Origin: Patescibacteria group bacterium | Lineage (GTDB): Bacteria > Patescibacteriota > Minisyncoccia > Phycocordibacterales > UBA2100 | DNA: 64,000 bases | Reading direction: 5' to 3' | Assembly: GCA_038064835.1 (NCBI GenBank) | Contig: JBBTSD010000007.1 | Location: 4,893-68,892 of the forward strand | Part shown: piece by piece, positions 57,133 through 64,000 of the stretch | How the letters are laid out: every line of letters starts with the position of its first letter | Position numbering within the stretch: the first letter of the stretch is position 1 | Translations under genes and position numbers: made by a program | The notes under the pieces: model-generated | What the model was told of the DNA's origin: nothing | Databases searched by the model: none | The model's input: only the letters and a program-made list of their open reading frames with translations

Positions 57133-58653
57133 TCAGCTACTGCAGGTAGGAGCGGTTGTCCAATAGCCATAGTTACCACTCGGGCAGAAATGGCACTGGG
57201 CTTGACCGGGGACACAGTTGCCCGGATAGGTGGTAGGCGATGGTATGTTCACCGATGACCGTTCCCACGCTTTGTTGCGACATTCCCACTGAGGAAGAAC
57301 CTGGTCTTGGACTGAGCATAAGTTCACATAGGCGCCGAGACATAGGTGATCAATATCACGCCCTTCAGTATGTGTCCCTTCTGGGTACAAGCCAGCCGCA
57401 TATTCACATCCGCGCGCAAGAATCTGATCTCCTCCTGCTGGGATGGTTGGGATGTATGGCTGGTATGTCGACTGTCCGGTTGTTGTACTAGTAAATCCTC
57501 CGTAAGTCACCACGACATCAGCGTAATTTTGCGGAGCAGTAAGAGATTCGGCGTTGTAGTTTGCTTTCCAGCTACCACCGTCGTACCACAGTCGCGCACC
57601 AAGGAATGGACAGAAGGTGCTGCAGTACCACACGCCGCTCGAGCATCTAAACCACGGCAAAACGCTCCTTCCAAAGTATTTTTTCCCTGTTATGTATTGC
57701 TCGGAAAGGAGCGTTCCTGCCGCACGGTCACCAGCACCGGTGCGACACGCATTTCCGCTCGCCATAAGCAAAACTTCGCTCAGATCCTTGGCACCAAGAA
57801 CGGAACCTTCAACAGAGCCCACACTACACAGACCATACACAAATCGTTCATGTCCCGAAAGAGTGCCGTTATCGCATGTTCGCTGTGCTGAAACACGCTC
57901 GCAGGAGTCACCTGGGGGAACACGATCTGTTGCATAGAGTGTTGCTGTCTGCTGATGTTTGACGGTCATGGACCCAACCTTACATGAAAACGGCCCTTCA
58001 TTTGAACATTCCGCGAACCGGAATTCGATCGGCCCAGCTAGAGTACCTGTATTGCAAGTGCGTACTTGCGCGCGATCCTTGCATGAATCTTCTCCCCCAC
58101 TCTTTTGCAATGCATAGAAAACCCGCGACTCTCCATCAGCCAACACAACACCTCCTACAGCACAAGTGGTAGCAGATTTTAAACACTGTTCTCGCATCGC
58201 GGCACGGGTCTTAGGACCAAGCACTCCATACCCCGTCGTGTCGGGTGTTCCTGAGGAAACTATTTTGTATACAAACTGCCATTTTTTGAGAGCCGCTTCT
58301 GTTCCTCTACCAAAATAGCCAGTCATGTAATCAGGGCTTTCAGGGCTACCTGCCGCCGCAAGCAAAAATCGTTGCAGCTCTCTCACATCGTCGCCGCGCA
58401 TACCAAACCGAAGTCTCCGTGTTCCCTCGAGACACATCGGTTTCTTCTTCGGTCCAGTGATTGATCCATACCCTTCGGTACTCGTCGCATTACCCGTCGT
58501 TTCGGTGGCGGTGGCCTGTGACTGCAGCGTCGTCAGCTGGGACTGTAAGGTTGCAATTTGCTGTTGAATCTCTTCGGCAGTTACTGCATACGAAAAAGAA
58601 CCTGGTGTAACAAACGCTATGGCGAGTACAAACACTACGATAGTTTGGTGCAT
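57133..58653 (-). CDS. secreted cysteine-rich protein with an N-terminal peptidoglycan-binding domain
   Basis: signal peptide MHQTIVVFVLAIAFVTPGSFSYA; coiled-coil QQQIATLQSQLTTLQSQ; PG_binding_1-like GMRGDDVRELQRFLL...YFGRGTEAALKKWQ; about 40 Cys in the remaining about 380 aa. Confidence 0.55.
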   Translation of the reverse strand: MHQTIVVFVLAIAFVTPGSFSYAVTAEEIQQQIATLQSQLTTLQSQATATETTGNATSTEGYGSITGPKKKPMCLEGTRRLRFGMRGDDVRELQRFLLAAAGSPESPDYMTGYFGRGTEAALKKWQFVYKIVSSGTPDTTGYGVLGPKTRAAMREQCLKSATTCAVGGVVLADGESRVFYALQKSGGEDSCKDRAQVRTCNTGTLAGPIEFRFAECSNEGPFSCKVGSMTVKHQQTATLYATDRVPPGDSCERVSAQRTCDNGTLSGHERFVYGLCSVGSVEGSVLGAKDLSEVLLMASGNACRTGAGDRAAGTLLSEQYITGKKYFGRSVLPWFRCSSGVWYCSTFCPFLGARLWYDGGSWKANYNAESLTAPQNYADVVVTYGGFTSTTTGQSTYQPYIPTIPAGGDQILARGCEYAAGLYPEGTHTEGRDIDHLCLGAYVNLCSVQDQVLPQWECRNKAWERSSVNIPSPTTYPGNCVPGQAQCHFCPSGNYGYWTTAPTCSS

Positions 58654-58665
58654 GCGGTTAGTATA

Positions 58666-59952
58666 TCAATTCTGCACGGCTCTATGCGCCACTTCCCCAA
58701 TGTCCCCCGCACCCATAACTACAACGACTGAATCTGATTTGTACGAAGAAATCTTTTGGGCGAGCAGGTCACGACTTTCCACATATGACACATTCGGATT
58801 GCGAGCATGTATACCAGTCACCACCATCTGACTTGTGATTGTTCCCGGATCTTTTTCACGGGCCGCATAAATAGGTGCTACCACCACCTCATCTGCCCGA
58901 GACAGGGCGTCTACAAATCCTGCAAACAATTGCTCGGTGCGAGAAAATAAATGTGGCTGAAATACTGCGACTATCCGCTTGTTGGGAAACCGTTCCTGCG
59001 CACCGGCAAGTGTTGCGCGAATCTCGCTTGGGTGGTGTGCATAGTCGTCAAAAACCACAGCGCCATTTTTAGTTTCCCCTTTGTATTCAAATCGACGAGC
59101 GGTCCCTTGGAACGATTCAAGCGCTCTCTGCGCGCGCTCACCGGAAATACCGAGTATATGGGCGGTTGCAAGCGCTACCGCAGCATTTTTTCTATTATGT
59201 TCTCCAGGAATTTTAAGGAGCGGAACCTGGGAAAGAAACTCTTTGTAATCAACGATACGCGCAGACAACCCCGCAACAACGCGTGCAACTGACGGAATTG
59301 TCATATCAGCAACAATCGCACCGTCGCGAGGCACCTTTTCTGCCACCTCACGAAACGCACTTTCAATGTCGGCAAGGTCCTTGTAGTAATCAAGGTGATC
59401 TTCTTCGATATTCGTTATCGCAAGTACAAACGGCGTCAAGTGCGTAAACGATCGTTGATACTCACATGCCTCAACAACAAAAATAGCACTCGATCCATGT
59501 AGATAATTACTCTCCCATTCAGGTACAATCGAGCCAACAATCGCTCGCGGGCTCAAGCCACATGCGGAAAGGACCGTGGCTGTCATTGCGGTAGTCGTGG
59601 TTTTTCCATGCGTCCCTGAAATAGCGATTGTCTGATATGCCTCGGACACATCTCCCAACCCTTCAAAATAGGTAAAAATCGGGACACCTCGGTTGCGAGC
59701 TTCTGCCATAAGCGTGGGAGCATTTTTCTCCCATGCAAGACTATATACAAAAGCGTCGGCATCTACAGGCAGTAGAAGCGGATCGGTGCCAAGGCCAATC
59801 ACCACACCTTGCCCACGCAACGCGTTAAGGGTCTGGGCACTCTCAGAATCGTTTGTGCCGCTGATATGCTTGCCTTCGCGAAGTAATAGACGCGCGAGGG
59901 CTGATATACCAATCCCCCCAATTCCAATCAAGTGGACATGTTTTGCACTCAT
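58666..59952 (-). CDS. murC: UDP-N-acetylmuramate--L-alanine ligase
   Basis: MSAKHVHLIGIGGIGISALARLL start (ATG 59952); GTHGKTTTT P-loop. Confidence 0.9.
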   Translation of the reverse strand: MSAKHVHLIGIGGIGISALARLLLREGKHISGTNDSESAQTLNALRGQGVVIGLGTDPLLLPVDADAFVYSLAWEKNAPTLMAEARNRGVPIFTYFEGLGDVSEAYQTIAISGTHGKTTTTAMTATVLSACGLSPRAIVGSIVPEWESNYLHGSSAIFVVEACEYQRSFTHLTPFVLAITNIEEDHLDYYKDLADIESAFREVAEKVPRDGAIVADMTIPSVARVVAGLSARIVDYKEFLSQVPLLKIPGEHNRKNAAVALATAHILGISGERAQRALESFQGTARRFEYKGETKNGAVVFDDYAHHPSEIRATLAGAQERFPNKRIVAVFQPHLFSRTEQLFAGFVDALSRADEVVVAPIYAAREKDPGTITSQMVVTGIHARNPNVSYVESRDLLAQKISSYKSDSVVVVMGAGDIGEVAHRAVQN

Positions 59953-60191
59953 CAGTACACTCCTCATAGACATATTGTGCATCAAGGGAGGCATCGTGGC
60001 GAACAATTCGATACTTGAGAGTTCTGAATATGCGCGAGCGCGCCGACAGTTCAGAAAGTACGGCTCTCTACCCTCGGACATACCACTCGACCATTACCAA
60101 GAAATCCGCGACGCTTGCGTAGCGGATGCGAAGCAGGGCGATACCCTGGCCCAACAGATGCTCAAATTTCTGTAACACCGCCCCCCCGAGA

Positions 60192-61511
60192 TTATCTCGG
60201 GGTTTTTTCCAATGATTGGGCAGCGTCGCGAAATTGGTCGCCACGATCATACTCATTTTTAAAAATACCGAACGAAGAAAATCCTGGGCTAAGGACAACA
60301 ACCGAATCCTCGCGCGTGAGCAAAAGCGCTTCTTTGAGAGCGTCGGTTACGGAATTACACATCGGGGCATTAAAAAAAATTTCTTTGCATTTTTGCGTAC
60401 CTGTTGCCGATTCATCAAGCAAGACAATGCTAGCGCCTCGCATTTGGATCTCTGCAACCAAAGCGTCGATAGGTATCTTTTTATCAGTACCGCCCATAAT
60501 CATAACTACATGCTTTTCTGGGAATGATCGGAGGGCCGCGAGGGCCGCATCCGGGGTTGTCGCATTTCCGTCGTTGTATATAGGGACATCATTGACAGTG
60601 GCGACCAGCTCGAGCCTCCCGGGCACACCAGGGAATCGCTCGATACTCTCACGAGCAACATCTTGAGAAACCGACAACGCTTCAAGAACACCAAGTGCAA
60701 GCGAGGCATTTTCACGATTATGCTCTCCCAACATGTGTAAGTGCCACGACGCCGGGATTGAATCTGGAACATATGGAGGAATCGTGGGGTGCACAGATTC
60801 AATCCTTGCAAAAATAGATTCTCCCACAACGAGAGTGTCGCCATCTTTTTGATGCAGGAAAATGTGCGCTTTGTCGGAAAAGTATTCCTCTATAGTCGCG
60901 TAATAATTGAGATGATCCTGCATCAGATTGGTAAAAACAGCGACATTCGGGGATATACCCAGATACCCGAATCCCTGCAGTTGCCATGAGTCAAGTTCTA
61001 AAACGGCCATGTCACCTTTTTTTGTTTCAGGGAGCATAGGGAGGGTAGCAACCCCACGAACATTCCCGCCCAAATGAGCCCGCCGCCCTGCATGGATTAA
61101 CCCTTCGTATATCAACTGGGTCACTGTCGACTTGCCTCGTGTTCCTGTCACCCCCACAACAGTCGCAGGTGTATATTTTGCAAAAAGTGCTGTACTCATG
61201 TGAATTGGCACTCCTGCATCCTGTGCGGTTTTTATAAAAGGAGAATTCAACGGGACTCCTGCCGCCTTAATTACCATATCGCAATCTGTAAAATCAGATT
61301 CTCGGTGTTCACCTAAACGGAATGCTATATTTTTATATCCTCTCAGTTTGTCCACTGATTCAGCGAGTTCATTTGATGTTTTCTTGTCGGTTACCAAGAC
61401 ATGGGCACCACATTCGGACAGAAAGGCGGCGTCTCCCGCGCCCCGTCCAAGCAAACCAAGACCCATAAGGGTAATGCGTTTGCCGTGTATCAATGCCTTA
61501 AACTCATCCAT
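60192..61511 (-). CDS. murD: UDP-N-acetylmuramoylalanine--D-glutamate ligase
   Basis: 439 aa; ITLMGLGLLGRG N-terminus; GTRGKSTV P-loop. Confidence 0.88.
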   Translation of the reverse strand: MDEFKALIHGKRITLMGLGLLGRGAGDAAFLSECGAHVLVTDKKTSNELAESVDKLRGYKNIAFRLGEHRESDFTDCDMVIKAAGVPLNSPFIKTAQDAGVPIHMSTALFAKYTPATVVGVTGTRGKSTVTQLIYEGLIHAGRRAHLGGNVRGVATLPMLPETKKGDMAVLELDSWQLQGFGYLGISPNVAVFTNLMQDHLNYYATIEEYFSDKAHIFLHQKDGDTLVVGESIFARIESVHPTIPPYVPDSIPASWHLHMLGEHNRENASLALGVLEALSVSQDVARESIERFPGVPGRLELVATVNDVPIYNDGNATTPDAALAALRSFPEKHVVMIMGGTDKKIPIDALVAEIQMRGASIVLLDESATGTQKCKEIFFNAPMCNSVTDALKEALLLTREDSVVVLSPGFSSFGIFKNEYDRGDQFRDAAQSLEKTPR

Positions 61512-61525
61512 ACCTGCATTGTATT

Positions 61526-61551
61526 AGAAAAACCCTGCGCACGCAGGGTTT
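61526..61551 (-). terminator. intrinsic terminator (aaccctgcg-cac-cgcagggtt + U-run on the minus strand) downstream of the SDR gene
   Basis: 9-bp perfect stem; A6 on the plus strand gives U6 after the hairpin on the minus strand. Confidence 0.75.
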
Positions 61552-61554
61552 ATT

Positions 61555-62235
61555 TCATTCGGTCACTACTACTTCCACACGCGGTGGCTCGCGCAGAATT
61601 CGCGCAAACCGATACCCATACTCGCCACAATATGCGACAAGAATGTTTTTTGCGACCCACTGCGGATCCAGCATCGTAGCTGTGTCTTTGGGGTCCTTCC
61701 AAAAAGGGGTGTTCATGCCCGCGGGCGCGACCACCATTACTTTCTTGATTCGTTCATCTTCGGCAAGCGAATGCGAAAGCTGGGCCAATGCCGCCTTGGT
61801 CGCCGTGTAGACGGGTTCTCGTTTCCGGGGCACCCACTGTGATGTGGATGATACAGCGATAAAACCATTGAGCACACCCTGCTTCCGCACTATTCTTTGT
61901 ACCAGAAGCGCTGGAGCCACAGATCCCACGGAAAACATGTCGAGGACATCTTCGTCCTTTAACTCGTCAATCAGTCCCTCTTGGTAAAACCCTGCTGCAT
62001 AAACCAACAAATCCACCTGTGGAAGACCGCCACAAAATGCATCGAGCCTACTTGCAAGTTCAGAAAGCGGCGTCAACGGCAAGGAACGAAATCGCACCCG
62101 CGATTTCTTTGGATCGGTCCGCCCTGTCACAATGACTTGATATTTTTTGGCGAGCGCCTGTCCAATTGCAAGCCCCAGTCCGGAACTGCCACCGATAACA
62201 AGCGCATGGGGTTTCGCTTTTACTTTCACGCACAT
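61555..62235 (-). CDS. SDR-family oxidoreductase
   Basis: 226 aa; ALVIGGSSGLGLAIGQAL Rossmann motif; YTATKAA catalytic motif. Confidence 0.8.
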   Translation of the reverse strand: MCVKVKAKPHALVIGGSSGLGLAIGQALAKKYQVIVTGRTDPKKSRVRFRSLPLTPLSELASRLDAFCGGLPQVDLLVYAAGFYQEGLIDELKDEDVLDMFSVGSVAPALLVQRIVRKQGVLNGFIAVSSTSQWVPRKREPVYTATKAALAQLSHSLAEDERIKKVMVVAPAGMNTPFWKDPKDTATMLDPQWVAKNILVAYCGEYGYRFARILREPPRVEVVVTE

Positions 62236-62452
62236 CTCCTCACACCCTCTTCTCTTCCGAGGCTACCTGCATAAGCAGAGGGTGTCAAACTTACCTTTCG
62301 CAGACCCAGTGTCGCTTCGCTCGTCTGTGGGCACGGGGAGACTCGGGTGTTTGTGGTGTAATTCTTGCCTCTTTAGAAATTCCATCTGAGCGAACAGGCC
62401 GGTGATGCTTTCTCAAATACTTTCTATTTGCTGGTATCTATAACCTCTTTTT

Positions 62453-62539
62453 TGGTGCCGCGGGGGAGACTTGAACTCCCAATCCCTTGCGGGAACTACG
62501 ACCTGAACGTAGCGTGTCTGCCAATTTCACCACCGCGGC
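62453..62539 (-). tRNA. tRNA-Leu (anticodon CAG), 87 nt, class II with long variable arm, encoded CCA
   Basis: minus-strand GCCGCGGTGGTGAAATTGGCAGACACGCTACGTTCAGGTCGTAGTTCCCGCAAGGGATTGGGAGTTCAAGTCTCCCCCGCGGCACCA folds into acceptor 7 bp, anticodon stem CTACG/CGTAG, loop TTCAGGT, T-arm GGGAG-TTCAAGT-CTCCC. Confidence 0.9.
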
Positions 62540-62579
62540 ATGATTTGATTATATAGACTATCTCTCGATAATGAAAAGG

Positions 62580-62606
62580 GAGGCCGTGAGGCCTCCTTGG
62601 TAGCGA
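62580..62606 (-). terminator. intrinsic terminator (ggaggcc-ucac-ggccucc + UUUUCAUUAU on the minus strand)
   Basis: 7-8 bp GC stem; U-rich tail; immediately downstream of ORF 62611-62904. Confidence 0.65.
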
Positions 62607-62610
62607 GCCC

Positions 62611-62904
62611 TCAGGCCGCCACTTTCTCCTTAATTTCTTTTCGGTCGATGACTTCGACCTCCACGGCAGCAAGCTGTGCAGGGTTTGCTCGGCGCTTGCC
62701 GTAGCGCACCTTGATGCGGCCACCATTCTTGGGCCAAATCACCCGCTCCCCGTCCTTGGGGAGATTGGTGATGTGAACGAATATATCCTTGTCGAGCCCG
62801 AACACCGTGGCGAACCCGTAGGACGAGCCTACGCGCCGATAGGTGGCTGGGACCATTTGTTCCGTGATCGAAATCTCATCGACTTCGTTCTGATTGAGAT
62901 TCAT
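62611..62904 (-). CDS. hypothetical small protein (97 aa), possible OB-fold/cold-shock-like nucleic-acid-binding protein
   Basis: intact ORF with own terminator; YGFATVFGLDKDIFVHITNL loosely resembles the cold-shock domain core; assignment weak. Confidence 0.35.
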   Translation of the reverse strand: MNLNQNEVDEISITEQMVPATYRRVGSSYGFATVFGLDKDIFVHITNLPKDGERVIWPKNGGRIKVRYGKRRANPAQLAAVEVEVIDRKEIKEKVAA

Positions 62905-62997
62905 TCCTTAGTCTCCTTGTCGCCAGACAACTGCGTCTGGGCAAATATGACTATATCACACTAATATGAAAGTACAATAGAGCCGAACCCCCCGTCG

Positions 62998-63804
62998 CTA
63001 GAGAAGTTGGCTGGTGACTGCAAGACCTTGTCCGTCGTTTGCACCAATGGTCACTTGCTCTACCGAGTCGTCATGATAAGTGAATGAAAAAACCAATTCG
63101 TTTCCATCAAGACGCCCTGAGGCGGCGACCCGCCACGCTTCATCTTCTGAAAAAGGCCCGCGAGTAAAAATCCCAACAGGAGTCATCACCGTGAGTTGCC
63201 CCGTACTCGGATCGAACGACATGAGCCCTTGCTCTTGCCAACGCGCAAAGACCTCGAATGCTTTTGGTGCGATCCACACACGGTCGGTTATTTGGTCAGC
63301 TTCGTCATCGAAAGTTTCGTAAGCATACACAGCACCATCCACCTCACTCATTGGATAAGTAACAGAGCTTGCGGATGGGTCTACCAAATAGCCCTGCTCA
63401 TCAATAAAAAAAGGGTCTCCCTGGACAGAAAATGCTGAGCTTGAGCTATCAGTATAGTAATCGTTCTGCCCTGCCATACCCGGAATAATCAAACCCCCCA
63501 TCAAAAGCAGTGCAACGAGTGCCCATGATATTTCGCGCGTCATCCACGGATGGTCCGCTTTGTCGTCGGCGCATGATTTACAATCAATATATTTTGAAGC
63601 GGCAATCACCGCCCATCCTGCAAACATGGCAATACCCACCGTGAGAAGCGCCGGCCACCACAAATCTTCCGGAAGAATCCCCCATCCTGAAAGTGCCGCA
63701 ACAGCACTCATAAGGGCGACAGTCCCGATAATAATACCTACAGCGATGTTGTGGATGTGTTTGATAATTTCCATACACCCAGTGTACCAGCAGTACCAGT
63801 GCAC
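62998..63804 (-). CDS. membrane-anchored hypothetical protein with acidic extracytoplasmic domain
   Basis: two to three N-terminal TM helices then about 160 aa D/E-rich soluble domain; likely start at ATG 63774 (MEIIKH). Confidence 0.45.
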   Translation of the reverse strand: MHWYCWYTGCMEIIKHIHNIAVGIIIGTVALMSAVAALSGWGILPEDLWWPALLTVGIAMFAGWAVIAASKYIDCKSCADDKADHPWMTREISWALVALLLMGGLIIPGMAGQNDYYTDSSSSAFSVQGDPFFIDEQGYLVDPSASSVTYPMSEVDGAVYAYETFDDEADQITDRVWIAPKAFEVFARWQEQGLMSFDPSTGQLTVMTPVGIFTRGPFSEDEAWRVAASGRLDGNELVFSFTYHDDSVEQVTIGANDGQGLAVTSQLL

Positions 63805-63849
63805 AGAATATTTGTTGTGTATAACAAAAACCGCTCTCTATCAGAGCGG

Positions 63850-64000
63850 CTACTGCAGTGGAGTACATTTATAAAATGCAGGCAGTGTAAGCGAACTGGC
63901 GTTGTGCCCATCCCATGCAATTTCTTTATGAATCACCATGTGAGTGAGCTTCGGTTGCCACTGATGCTCGGCAGTGTTCACGACTTTTCCGATTTCATCA
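63850..64000 (-). CDS. C-terminal fragment (50 codons) of a gene running off the window end
   Basis: open minus-strand frame ...DEIGKVVNTAEHQWQPKLTHMVIHKEIAWDGHNASSLTLPAFYKCTPLQ* ending at TAG 63850-63852, followed by hairpin ccgctct-ctatc-agagcgg with U-run. Confidence 0.3.
   Translation of the reverse strand, partial: DEIGKVVNTAEHQWQPKLTHMVIHKEIAWDGHNASSLTLPAFYKCTPLQ

Noticed and set aside
62300-62360. Second tRNA or tRNA fragment upstream of tRNA-Leu
   Set aside because: Only an 11-nt similarity (gggagact) to the T-arm region of the adjacent tRNA-Leu; no acceptor stem, anticodon arm or CCA can be folded
1-64000. CRISPR arrays, rRNA genes, transposases/integrases
   Set aside because: No regularly spaced direct repeats, no rRNA-like conserved stretches and no DDE or tyrosine-recombinase motifs were found in any frame. 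The only candidate for horizontal acquisition is the small low-GC islet at 18.9-20.1 kb, reported as a finding.

Overview
The window is 64 kb of a compact, gene-dense bacterial chromosome at about 50% GC with frequent short gene overlaps. Its gene content and style fit a small-genome monoderm lineage such as the Candidate Phyla Radiation (Patescibacteria), but that placement is inference only. Housekeeping genes sit at both ends: gatB, secA, metK behind a SAM-I riboswitch, prs, rsmI, murA, murC, murD and a tRNA-Leu(CAG). The core, roughly 5.0-49.5 kb, is one very large glycan-biosynthesis supercluster. It holds about 14 glycosyltransferases (GT2, GT4, GT11 and GT-B types), two polyprenyl-phosphate-sugar synthase plus large membrane protein modules, a methyltransferase-GtrA fusion, a Wzx-like flippase and a Wzy/O-antigen-ligase-like TPR protein. 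It also holds two AsnB-type amidotransferases, one full-length and two truncated UDP-sugar dehydrogenases, and a UDP-glucuronate decarboxylase-like enzyme fused to an extra domain. Its nucleotide-sugar tailoring set is unusual: a plant-type GDP-mannose 3,5-epimerase homolog, and a DegT-family enzyme whose PLP lysine is replaced by His, as in the ColD/E1 sugar 3-dehydratases. A zinc-ribbon sugar C-methyltransferase, a cupin ketoisomerase and several SDR epimerases/reductases complete the set. Downstream lie a secreted lamin-tail/PKD protein, a VirD4/TraG-like P-loop ATPase with a long Pro/Gln-rich tail and a secreted TIM-barrel glycoside-hydrolase-like protein. A cysteine-rich secreted protein with a peptidoglycan-binding domain is wedged between murA and murC. 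Non-coding signals found are a SAM-I riboswitch with terminator upstream of metK, several clean intrinsic terminators, and a hairpin-rich 700-nt intergenic region carrying a 21-codon poly-lysine micro-ORF and a possible sRNA. All calls rest on reading the six-frame translations and the raw sequence; no database search was possible.
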